The notes beneath the pieces were generated by a model that worked only from the letters and a program-made list of their open reading frames with translations, did not search any database and was not told the DNA's origin. This document shows, one piece after another, positions 19,234-27,589 of a DNA stretch of 64,000 nucleotides. Source of the stretch: an uncultured Nitrososphaerota archaeon (lineage in GTDB: Archaea; Thermoproteota; Methanomethylicia; Nezhaarchaeales; B40-G2). The position numbers and the translations under genes were made by a program. The stretch is taken from assembly GCA_964626365.1 (NCBI GenBank), contig CAZVDL010000004.1, positions 18,178 through 82,177 of the forward strand, given 5' to 3'. Each line of letters begins with the position of its first letter. Position 1 is the stretch's first letter.

Positions 19234-19725
19234 TTAGCCTTGACAAAGCACAGACACTGTGTACGAGGTTTGGCTGCCTCCACTTGAGGTATATACCCTG
19301 ATTACGTAGCTGCTTCCAACGTTAAAGTCAGAGGCATTTAGCACGCATCCGTGGTTAGCTAGGTCCTCCTCGGTGATGGTGTAGGATTGGCCTGGGGACA
19401 GCGGGATATTTAATGGGTCGCTGCTCTGTGACCCACTAGGTAGGTAGATTGTAACCTTGCCTATGTTCACGGGCGTGCTCCCAGTATTCCTTAGAGTGAT
19501 GGCTAGGTATACGTGGTCGCCGTTCTTTAAGAGGAGCGCGTCTGAGACTGAAAGGCTAACTATCCTAGACGATGAGGTGACGTATGAAGTCATGTAGAGG
19601 CTGACGAACCCTCCCAGTGCGAGGGCCACCCCCACCATTAATAGCACTGAAACTATAGGCGATACCCCTCGACAATTACCTAACAAAAAATACGTGGGAG
19701 GCCTCAAGACTAACCCCCCATGCAA
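19234..19725 (-). CDS. Archaeal type IV pilin-like protein (class III signal peptide)
   Basis: CRGVSPIVSVLLMVGVALALGG prepilin-type motif plus hydrophobic helix. Both candidate starts are TTG. 19725 overlaps the upstream pilin by 16 nt. 19686 gives a short MLGNCRGVSPIV leader. Confidence 0.65.
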   Translation of the reverse strand: MHGGLVLRPPTYFLLGNCRGVSPIVSVLLMVGVALALGGFVSLYMTSYVTSSSRIVSLSVSDALLLKNGDHVYLAITLRNTGSTPVNIGKVTIYLPSGSQSSDPLNIPLSPGQSYTITEEDLANHGCVLNASDFNVGSSYVIRVYTSSGGSQTSYTVSVLCQG

Positions 19726-20144
19726 TAGGCCGTGGAGGTGAAGTTTCCTTGGGATGTAGTAACTACGATGGTGTAGCTGTGACCTGGCGTGAAGCTTAGG
19801 CCTGGCACCTTACCCTCGTCGACAACCACAGATATGGAGTCGCCAGGGTTAAGCTGCTTATTGATCTTTACGCTACCGTGTCCAGCGTCGTGGTACACTA
19901 CAACCTCGTTTATATTTATGGGCAGGGAGCCCGTGTTTCTTATGATGGCGTTTAGGAAGGAGCCTGTGTCGCTAGTTGTAGCTGTGGCGTCTACGGCTAA
20001 GAAGGCAGTCTTAGAGGTTGCTTTAACATAGCTCACAGAGTACCAGTAGGCGAAGGAGCCCACCGAGATGGCTACGGCTATCATTATAAGGGTGGCTACA
20101 ACCGGCGAAACCGCTCTTTTCCCGTTTAGCTTTGTCCTCCTCAG
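19710..20144 (-). CDS. Archaeal type IV pilin-like protein; 5' end unresolved (possible 1-nt frameshift)
   Basis: The track ORF starts at ATG 20084 (MIAVAISVG). The in-frame upstream codons read LRRTKLNGKRAVSPVVATLI, a class III signal peptide, and have no ATG/GTG/TTG back to the TGA at 20147-20145. Confidence 0.55.
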   Translation of the reverse strand: MRRTKLNGKRAVSPVVATLIMIAVAISVGSFAYWYSVSYVKATSKTAFLAVDATATTSDTGSFLNAIIRNTGSLPININEVVVYHDAGHGSVKINKQLNPGDSISVVVDEGKVPGLSFTPGHSYTIVVTTSQGNFTSTAYCMGG

Positions 20145-20195
20145 TCACACCACCCACCCCTGCCTTTGAGGAAGCCTTATAACCCCCGCTGATCT

Positions 20196-20726
20196 TCACC
20201 TACGCATCCTTTCAAGCATGCGCTCGAAGGTCCACCTAATGGAGCTTCTAAGTTCCCTTATCCGTCTATCGTCGACCACGTTCTTAATGAGGATATACTT
20301 CAACTTATCTCCTTCAGTATGTACATAGTAATCCATCACCTTATCTGGGTCTAACAACCCTCTCTCGGCGGCCTCTTTGTCTTTAGCTTTCATGGATTCG
20401 AGGACCTTATCTATGAGGAAGGGCTTAAAGGGGGATACATTGACGTCTAGGTTTAGCTCAGGCGCGGGCTCCACTCTCACGTAGTTCTCGCCTACGAACA
20501 TCCTCCCCAAGACCTTTCCGTCCCTGGCAGTTATCATCATCACGTTCTCCTCAGGCGAAGGTTGATGTATAAGTTCTAAGGCCGGCCTAAAGCTTGACTT
20601 AGACAGCGCTTCGTCGACCAACTTAATTAAGTGTCTAAGTAGTTCAAGTTCTCTCTGTAAGGAGGAGGCCCTGTCCTCTAGGTACTTCTTTAATTCAGCC
20701 AGCGACTTAGCCTCCTCTGAAGACAA
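20196..20726 (-). CDS. Hypothetical protein with N-terminal coiled coil
   Basis: 176 aa, same strand and immediately upstream of the pilin genes. Confidence 0.5.
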   Translation of the reverse strand: MSSEEAKSLAELKKYLEDRASSLQRELELLRHLIKLVDEALSKSSFRPALELIHQPSPEENVMMITARDGKVLGRMFVGENYVRVEPAPELNLDVNVSPFKPFLIDKVLESMKAKDKEAAERGLLDPDKVMDYYVHTEGDKLKYILIKNVVDDRRIRELRSSIRWTFERMLERMRR

Positions 20727-20736
20727 TAGTAATCCC

Positions 20737-21291
20737 TCAATATCGGTTGAGGTGGATTACCTCCTTCGCCCCTCTTCGAGGAGGGGGTGGAGGGGACTCG
20801 GCTGGATAACCTATAGGTAGTATGGCTATAGGCCTAACTCCTGGAGGGAGTTCGAGGAGCTCGGCTACCTCATCGTCATGGAAAGCGCCAACCCAGCAGC
20901 TAGCTAATCCAAGAGCATGAGCTGTGAGTAACATGTTCTGCACTGCAGCTGAAACATCGCATATACAGTATAGCCTCCTACCTCGCTCGCCATAACCTAG
21001 CTGAGACCTCCTTTCATTAGCACAGGCCACTATGACTACGGGAGCCTCAGCTATCCACATTTGATGCAACGCCGCTTTCGCTAGCCTAAGTTTAAGGTCC
21101 TCGTCCTTGACTATGACGAACTCCCAGGGCTGTAGGTTGCCGGCTGAGGGAGCCCATATACCCGACTCTATTATCATGTTGATTAAGTCATCAGGTACGG
21201 GTTGCCTCTTAAACCTCCTAACGCTTCTCCTAGTCTTAATGGCTTCAATAACATCCATGCCTCTCGTCGATAACCCTAGCACTACTCCCAC
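20737..21291 (-). CDS. Nitroreductase-family oxidoreductase
   Basis: IEAIKTRRSVRRF start, APSAGNLQPW, and overall FMN-nitroreductase pattern. Confidence 0.85.
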   Translation of the reverse strand: MGVVLGLSTRGMDVIEAIKTRRSVRRFKRQPVPDDLINMIIESGIWAPSAGNLQPWEFVIVKDEDLKLRLAKAALHQMWIAEAPVVIVACANERRSQLGYGERGRRLYCICDVSAAVQNMLLTAHALGLASCWVGAFHDDEVAELLELPPGVRPIAILPIGYPAESPPPPPRRGAKEVIHLNRY

Positions 21292-21311
21292 TTAAAGCTG
21301 CTTATAGCCTA

Positions 21312-22391
21312 CTAGGCTTTAACGCTAAGTTCTTCGTTCTCCACTAGGTACGCCTCATATTTAGCCAGTAACTCTAGGAGGCTCCTATTGGATGCCATGT
21401 AGTCAGTGACGGTTATATTACCGGCGATTATTATAGGCTCCCTAGCTACTAGGGCACCAGTTATGTGCATTAATGGATCCTCGCACCTCACATATATGGA
21501 GCCCTCAACCTCCACCTTAGAAGCCCCTTCAAAATAAGTCAAGTCCACGGGCAGCCAGCCCCAGGGAGGTACGTAGACCATGGCCCACCCATGCCACCCC
21601 ATGGACCTAGAGGTTCTATAGAAGTTCTTGGAGTACGACGTCCGTTTAATAACGCCGGGCTCGTATATCACTCCGTACTGTAAGTAGCTCGGTATGCCGA
21701 CGCAACGACATAGTGTTATGAGTAGGTTGGCCCTATCATCGCAGTCTCCTTCAAGTTCTAAGTAGGTCTGATTAGGGTACCAAACTAGATGTCTATCTAG
21801 CTTTTTTGGATACCTCACGTTAAAGTCGATCCACTTAGCAAAAGAAAGCACTGTTTGGAGGGCGTTGCTATCGTTCAGCAACTTATACGCTAAACTCTTT
21901 ACGTGGAAGTCCTCAACGTTCCATAGCGGCGTAGAGGTGCAGTAAACCTCCTTGAGGTCCCTTGGCACGTCACTTAAACCCCCTGAGTGACCTACATTGA
22001 TCTCCGGCTCAAGTTTTAAGGGAGCCACCCTTATTTCCATCGTTAACTGGACGTTGAAAGTCGAGTTAGGGTAAAGAAGAGTAGGGGCTCTAGTTAAGTT
22101 TACTACTACGTTGCCGTCGCGATCTCGCTGAAGGAGATACTCATAGTATATCCTACCATTCACGCTATAACATATGTATTGAATCCTTGAGAACTGGCTT
22201 GTAGTATTAGGGAAAATCCTAAGGATAGTTAGCTCTCGTAGCGGCATGGGTGAGGTTCCATTGTTCATCAAGGTAGCGTTGAACCTGTAAAGATAGACGT
22301 GAACCTCGCTGCGCTTAAGGTGTAGTAGGTATGCTAACGATAACGCTAACAAGATTATGCTGAGCGCTACGATGAGAGAACGCGACGCCAC
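21312..22391 (-). CDS. Transglutaminase-like domain protein with N-terminal membrane anchor
   Basis: One N-terminal TM helix. Cys-His-Asp core candidates are GDCDDRANL, GWHGWAMVY and LPVD. Confidence 0.8.
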   Translation of the reverse strand: MASRSLIVALSIILLALSLAYLLHLKRSEVHVYLYRFNATLMNNGTSPMPLRELTILRIFPNTTSQFSRIQYICYSVNGRIYYEYLLQRDRDGNVVVNLTRAPTLLYPNSTFNVQLTMEIRVAPLKLEPEINVGHSGGLSDVPRDLKEVYCTSTPLWNVEDFHVKSLAYKLLNDSNALQTVLSFAKWIDFNVRYPKKLDRHLVWYPNQTYLELEGDCDDRANLLITLCRCVGIPSYLQYGVIYEPGVIKRTSYSKNFYRTSRSMGWHGWAMVYVPPWGWLPVDLTYFEGASKVEVEGSIYVRCEDPLMHITGALVAREPIIIAGNITVTDYMASNRSLLELLAKYEAYLVENEELSVKA

Positions 22392-22576
22392 GGTTCACGG
22401 TACCCTTATTCGACATTCTTTAGACCCTCTTAAACATTAATGGTGGCCTAGGCTCATCGAGCTAAGCCCTAGACAGGTGAGGATATTCCCAATATATTCC
22501 CGCCGAGTATTTGACCTAGTTCAGCTCACCACCCTTATTAATCATTCAATCCAACTCACCGTATGGGGATCATAAA

Positions 22577-22879
22577 TTGATAGAGGAGGCAAGTCTCATA
22601 GCCACCTATGTAACCATGGGGCTCACCCCCATAGTCTACAACATACTCACAGCTAGGAGAGCCTTGAAAAAGAGGAAAAAGGGGGAGGTGAGAGAAGAAG
22701 TTAATGAGGAGCCTGCAAGAAACCATGAGGAGGTAAGCCCCAAGGACTTCACGCTGACCATCCCCTGCAGCATAACGTTTACCCACTCCGACACCTATGG
22801 CCATGCCGTACACCTGAGCATACGGTCAATACACCCCCTGCCTGCCTCCCATGTGAGGAAGTTGTTCAAGCAGAGTTAA
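22577..22879 (+). CDS. Possible small membrane protein (uncertain)
   Basis: TTG start and one hydrophobic helix (ASLIATYVTMGLTPIVYNILTA) followed by a Lys/Glu-rich segment. An equally long antisense ORF (22556..22813) exists. Confidence 0.25.
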   Translation: MIEEASLIATYVTMGLTPIVYNILTARRALKKRKKGEVREEVNEEPARNHEEVSPKDFTLTIPCSITFTHSDTYGHAVHLSIRSIHPLPASHVRKLFKQS

Positions 22880-22905
22880 GATTTCTTAAAAGAGCGTGAG
22901 GGGGG

Positions 22906-24222
22906 TTGAGGCAGCGGGCTGGGCTGTTCAAGGTTATAGCTCCGGGGCTCCTTGCAGGGATATCTAACGTTGACGCCTGCGCTATATTGTGCCTATTATC
23001 GATAGGTGCCGTGTATAGGTACTCGCTGCTATGGGCGCTAACGCTGGGACTACTGCTCTACACCTTTACCTTACAGGTGGCGTCTGAGGTAGCATTGGTT
23101 ACAGGTAAAGGGTTAGCTGAAAATATAAGGGAGCGTTTTGGGGGCGGAGCTTCCTCGATCACGGTCCTAACATCGATGGCTGCCAACATCTCCTTGATAT
23201 CAGCGGAAATAGCAGGAGCCGCCGTGGCGATAACAGCCTTGACAGAAGCCCCCCTACAGCTATCCGCCGCCATAGCCGCTCTCATCCTACTCGTCATAGC
23301 TTGCACTAAGACCGTGGACTTGGTGGATGAGGTCCTGATAGTGTTGAGCATGACATTGGTGGCCTACTTGGTCTTAGTATTTACGGTGGGGGTAGACTAT
23401 ACGGGCCTGTTAAGCGGCTTAATTAAGCCCGGCCTACAGCTGGACGCGGAGTATTGGGTAGCGGTGCTGGCTATCATAGGCATGGCGATAGGCCCTAACG
23501 TGTTGCTATACGAGGCAAGTGACCTAGTTGAGAAGGGGGTCGGAGAAAAGGCGTTGCCTCACGCTATGGTTAGCAGCTTTATAGGGTCAATGGTGAGCTT
23601 GGTTATATGCGTGGCCATCGTGGTATGCGGAGGCTACTTAGGGAAAGCCTCAGAGACCATGATTGAGGCTGTAGACGCCTTTAGAGCAGTGTTTGGCCAA
23701 GCCTCCACCCCCCTCTTCTCACTGGGGCTCTTCGCTGGGTCGATGCTGGCAGCCGTCATAACGCTACATTCAACCATAGCCCTCCTTTCAGAAACCTACG
23801 GGTGGGCTAAGGTCGGCGGCCGTGCCACGTGGCCTACATGGGCTACGATTATAACTCTGGCCTCCTTAACCCCTACGCTGCTCGTAGCCAAGCCGGTTAA
23901 GGTGGCCATCGTCTCATCAGTGCTCTCGAGTATAGCTACAATACCCCCCTTCGTATTCTTAGCTAAGCTCTTCTGCGATAGCAACCTTATGAGGGGCCTA
24001 GAGGCTAGGGGATACATAAAGGCGGTTACTTGGATAATAGTGGCCGTCTTCGTGTCCATAAACGTAGGAGGGCTACTCGTAGCGGTCTTAGAGAAGCCCG
24101 TCTTAGGCTACATTAACGTGCCCGCGGACCTCCTAGTGTTACTATTAGGAGCTTCGTTAGCCCCCTATATGATCAAGGGGTTGAGGGGGCTCTTTAACAG
24201 GAGGGGGTTGATTGAGGCATAA
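22906..24222 (+). CDS. NRAMP-family transporter homologue with non-canonical metal-site residues
   Basis: GLLAGISNVDACAILCLLSIGAVYRYSLLW...VALVTGKGLAENIRERFG aligns by eye to MntH TM1-TM2. IIGMAIGPNVLLYEAS aligns to the TM6 MPH motif. Confidence 0.7.
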   Translation: MRQRAGLFKVIAPGLLAGISNVDACAILCLLSIGAVYRYSLLWALTLGLLLYTFTLQVASEVALVTGKGLAENIRERFGGGASSITVLTSMAANISLISAEIAGAAVAITALTEAPLQLSAAIAALILLVIACTKTVDLVDEVLIVLSMTLVAYLVLVFTVGVDYTGLLSGLIKPGLQLDAEYWVAVLAIIGMAIGPNVLLYEASDLVEKGVGEKALPHAMVSSFIGSMVSLVICVAIVVCGGYLGKASETMIEAVDAFRAVFGQASTPLFSLGLFAGSMLAAVITLHSTIALLSETYGWAKVGGRATWPTWATIITLASLTPTLLVAKPVKVAIVSSVLSSIATIPPFVFLAKLFCDSNLMRGLEARGYIKAVTWIIVAVFVSINVGGLLVAVLEKPVLGYINVPADLLVLLLGASLAPYMIKGLRGLFNRRGLIEA

Positions 24223-24267
24223 ACTTTCAAGAGATACTGCTACCCCTATTTTGGGGGGGCTCCCTTA

Positions 24268-25026
24268 ATGACCATTAAGGTAGGTTGCTGTGGTTGGGCT
24301 GTTAAGGGAGGTATGGACGCTTATTTCAAGACGTTTAAGCTAATAGAGATTCAAAGTACATTCTACAAGCTACCCAACCCATCAACCGCGGAGGGATGGA
24401 GGACTAAAGCACCAGAGGACTTCGAGTTTACTTTAAAGAGCTGGCAGGCTGTGACACATCCTACTTCCAGCCCTACATGGAGGAAGGCTGGGGTAAAGAT
24501 ACCCCCAGACAGGGCAGATAGATACGGCCACCTCAAGCCCACGGAGGAGAACTTTGAGGCATGGAGTAAGACTATGGAAATAGCCAGGGCCTTGAGAGCT
24601 AAGATAATAGTCGTACAGCTACCTCCATCGTTCGACGCCTCAGAGGAAAACATTAAGAATATGCAGGAGTTCTTCTCAACCATCGATCGAGGGGGGGTCC
24701 TTATAACCGTGGAGTTTAGGCATAATAGCTGGACAGCTGACAAGGTAGCTGAGGTGTGTAGAAGGCTAGACTTAATCCACACCGTAGACCCCTTTAAGGC
24801 CGAGACTGTGACGAAAGATAAGGACGTGATATACTATAGACTTCACGGGTTGGGGAAGAAAATGTACGTCTACAATTATAGTGACGAGGAGCTTTTAAAG
24901 CTCTACGAGAACTGGGTCAAACCATACTCCTTAAAGGGGGTCGAGGTATACGTGTTATTCAACAACACGGCCATGGCTGAGGACGCAAAACGTTTCCAAG
25001 AAATAATCGAGGCTACTCATGCCTAG
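24268..25026 (+). CDS. DUF72 (UPF0759) family protein
   Basis: IKVGCCGWAV...FYKLP...FEFTLKSWQAVTH pattern typical of DUF72. Confidence 0.8.
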   Translation: MTIKVGCCGWAVKGGMDAYFKTFKLIEIQSTFYKLPNPSTAEGWRTKAPEDFEFTLKSWQAVTHPTSSPTWRKAGVKIPPDRADRYGHLKPTEENFEAWSKTMEIARALRAKIIVVQLPPSFDASEENIKNMQEFFSTIDRGGVLITVEFRHNSWTADKVAEVCRRLDLIHTVDPFKAETVTKDKDVIYYRLHGLGKKMYVYNYSDEELLKLYENWVKPYSLKGVEVYVLFNNTAMAEDAKRFQEIIEATHA

Positions 25027-25765
25027 TCTTCATTCTCTGCAAGAGTTTCTCTACCTCCTCAAAGGCCTTAGCCAGAGCCTCATCCCTAAATAGATTACTC
25101 ACGCCATCCCTAAGCCCACCCTCAACAAGTATCCACAGCTCCTCTAGATCTGAACCAAGCGGTATCCTCCCCAAACTCTCCTTGAATCTACGCATAAAGT
25201 ACTCCTCTAACTTAACATCCATCCTTCCAATACCCTTAGCTAGCCTCAGCCAACCACGATCCTCCTTAATGACCCCCTTAGCTACTAGGTCGTCGATGGC
25301 CTTATAGACCACGGGTCGAGAGACCCTAAGACCCCTTGAAGCCCTATCAACTAAGCGTTCCCTACGCGCTTCACCCACAACATTAAGTTCATCTAATATG
25401 TAAAGAGATACTTTTTCAATTAAGCTTCCAGTTAAATCCTCCCCCCTCGTGGAGAGTGTTAAGCTACTTTTTAGCGACTCTATCTCCTCCTCCAATACTT
25501 TGAGCCTCTCAGACCACCTCCTGCTTTCAAGAGCAAGGTTTACTAGTAACTGGTACTCGTCCTCTCTTAAGACCCTATAGCCATGGAGGTGTTTGTTAGG
25601 AGATCTCTCTGAGGTCAACGGTCCAACCACTACATGGCTAGCTTCGACTTGCGGGACCCCTATAGGGGACCCCCCAGTCCTTAATACCTTTTCAACCTCC
25701 CCTACAACTCTCTTAATGTCTTCAGCTATCTCTCTAAGCTTAGCTCTAAGGCTATCCGTTGACAT
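25013..25765 (-). CDS. Hypothetical coiled-coil plus winged-helix protein
   Basis: 250 aa with an N-terminal coiled coil and a VSRPVVYKAIDDLVAKGVIKE HTH-like segment. Last gene of the same-strand chaperone block. Confidence 0.55.
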   Translation of the reverse strand: MSTDSLRAKLREIAEDIKRVVGEVEKVLRTGGSPIGVPQVEASHVVVGPLTSERSPNKHLHGYRVLREDEYQLLVNLALESRRWSERLKVLEEEIESLKSSLTLSTRGEDLTGSLIEKVSLYILDELNVVGEARRERLVDRASRGLRVSRPVVYKAIDDLVAKGVIKEDRGWLRLAKGIGRMDVKLEEYFMRRFKESLGRIPLGSDLEELWILVEGGLRDGVSNLFRDEALAKAFEEVEKLLQRMKTRHE

Positions 25766-25867
25766 AAACTCGAGGGGAATATAGGAGGACCTTGAAGTTT
25801 AATCTTCCGCTGGGAGAAAGAACTTACCTGGCATGGGACGTTGAAAAATTAGGGAAAAGAGTTCAGG

Positions 25868-27538
25868 TTACTCGCTCTCGGTCTTCTCTCCTTCCTCCTC
25901 GCCACCGGTCTTGCCGGGCGTCTCACCGGTCTTGGTCTCGCTCTTAGCGGCAGCTATTACGTCATCGATCCTTAGAATCATGGATGCAGCCTCGGTAGCA
26001 GACTTTATAGCCATGGACTTGACGTTCAGAGGCTCTATGACGCCTAAGTCAAGCATGTTCGCTGGCTTGCCAGCGAAGACATCAACGCCCATCGCCTCGT
26101 TGCCAGGCTTCTCATGTAGAGCCCTTAGCTCCATGATTATGTCAAGTGGATCGAGGCCAGCGTTCTCAGCTAAGGTCTTAGGTATGATCTCTAGGGCGTT
26201 AGCGAAGGCCTCTATAGCTAGCTGCTCCTTACCTCCAACCGATGGAGCATACTCGCGTAGCCTCTTGGCTAGCTCCATCTCAATGGCTCCGCCGCCGGGA
26301 AGTATCTTGCCACACTCTATGGCGTCAGCAACTGTTGAGAGAGCGTCGGTTAAGGCTCGCTCAGCTTCGTCTACAAACTTCTCTAGGCCGCCCCTTATGA
26401 GTATGGCCACAGCTCTGGGGTTCTTGCAACCCTCGACGAAGATCATCTTCTCATCAGCAATCTTACGCTCCTCCACAAGCTCAGCCTCACCTAAATCAGC
26501 CGAGGTTAGATCCTCTATGTTAGTCACTATTCTACCGCCCGTAGCCCTAGCCAGCTTCTCCATGTCTGACTTCTTTACCCTCCTAGCGGCCAGAATACCC
26601 TCCTTAGCTAAGTAGTGCTGGGCCACGTCGTCTATACCCTTCTGGCAGAACACCACATTGGCCCCGGAAGCCTTGATTTTGTCTACCATGTTCTTCAGCA
26701 TCTTCTCTTCTTCCTCTAAGAAGGCCTTCATCTGCTCAGGCGTCGAAATCCTGATTTCAGCGTCCATCTCGGTCTTCTCTATCTCCAATGGACAATCGAG
26801 CAGAGCTATCTTAGCCTTCTCGATCCTCCTAGGCATCCCTGAGTGCACTACTTCCTTGTCTACTATGACGCCGTTGATGAGTCTTGAATCTGCTAGGCTT
26901 GCGCCTTGTCTCTTCACCAGCTGTATAAAGTCAATGTCGGCCACCAGCTTCTCATCCCTCTTCTCCACGATCTGTCTGACAGCCTTAACGGCCATGTCTG
27001 CCAGCATCTCCTTGGACCCAGCCACGGTCTTAGCTGACATCGAGGTCATGGCTATCTTCTTCAGTGTGACCTCGTCGTCCATGGACACCGGCATGGCCAG
27101 CTCCTGAAGGGTCTTTAGACAGAACTCTAAGGCTTTACCATAGCCGCTTATGATCACGGTGGGGTGTATGTTCTTGGCCATTAACTCCTCCGCTTTCTTG
27201 AGGAGTTCGCCGGCGAGGACCACGGTAGTGGTGGTGCCGTCGCCCACCTCATCGTCCTGGGCCTTAGCAACCTCAACCATCATCTTAGCCGCAGGATGCT
27301 GCACCTCTATTTCATCTAGGATGGTGGCACCATCGTTAGTCACGGTTATGTCGCCGAGGCTGTCGACGAGCATCTTATCCATGCCTCTTGGACCTAGGGT
27401 TGATCGAACTGCCTCAGCTATGGCCTTGGCCGCGGCGATGTTAGCTCGCTGCGCTTCCCTACCCACTGTGCGTGTAGCCCCCTCCTTTAAGATTAGGACC
27501 GGTATACCTCCAAGCTGAGCGACCGCCAAGTTTCTCAC
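25868..27538 (-). CDS. ths: Thermosome subunit (group II chaperonin), paralog 1
   Basis: [24 protein letters not shown] and VPGGGAIE motifs; GTG start. Confidence 0.95.
   Translation of the reverse strand: MRNLAVAQLGGIPVLILKEGATRTVGREAQRANIAAAKAIAEAVRSTLGPRGMDKMLVDSLGDITVTNDGATILDEIEVQHPAAKMMVEVAKAQDDEVGDGTTTTVVLAGELLKKAEELMAKNIHPTVIISGYGKALEFCLKTLQELAMPVSMDDEVTLKKIAMTSMSAKTVAGSKEMLADMAVKAVRQIVEKRDEKLVADIDFIQLVKRQGASLADSRLINGVIVDKEVVHSGMPRRIEKAKIALLDCPLEIEKTEMDAEIRISTPEQMKAFLEEEEKMLKNMVDKIKASGANVVFCQKGIDDVAQHYLAKEGILAARRVKKSDMEKLARATGGRIVTNIEDLTSADLGEAELVEERKIADEKMIFVEGCKNPRAVAILIRGGLEKFVDEAERALTDALSTVADAIECGKILPGGGAIEMELAKRLREYAPSVGGKEQLAIEAFANALEIIPKTLAENAGLDPLDIIMELRALHEKPGNEAMGVDVFAGKPANMLDLGVIEPLNVKSMAIKSATEAASMILRIDDVIAAAKSETKTGETPGKTGGEEEGEKTESE
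26416..26493. repeat. 78-nt tract identical to 30341-30418 (thermosome paralogs)
   Basis: Checked base by base: TGGGGTTCTTGCAACCCTCGACGAAGATCATCTTCTCATCAGCAATCTTACGCTCCTCCACAAGCTCAGCCTCACCTA is present in both genes. Confidence 0.9.
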
Positions 27539-27574
27539 CCTAGCCCGTTATCCACAGGGGTCAAAAAGGCGCTT

Positions 27575-27588
27575 CCATATATACTTTT
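27575..27588 (-). promoter_or_regulatory. TATA-like box for thermosome paralog 1
   Basis: The minus strand reads AAAAGTATATATGG, 36 nt upstream of the start at 27538 and 1 nt after the Cdc48 stop (27590-27592). Confidence 0.5.
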
Positions 27589-27589
27589 T

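Noticed and set aside
22556-22813. 85-aa minus-strand ORF in the large intergenic region.
   Set aside because: It lies fully antisense to the slightly more protein-like plus ORF and has no motifs. Neither ORF is well supported, so only the plus ORF is listed, at low confidence.
25911-27518. Long plus-strand ORFs (234, 149 and 122 aa) antisense to thermosome paralog 1. Equivalent ORFs (220, 155 and 94 aa) lie at 29884-31380 antisense to paralog 2.
   Set aside because: Their products are Ser/Ala/Leu-rich and low in complexity with no motifs. They mirror the reading frame of genes with unmistakable chaperonin motifs. This is the usual stop-poor antisense-frame artefact. The same applies to antisense ORFs inside cdc48, carB, lig, thiDN and others.
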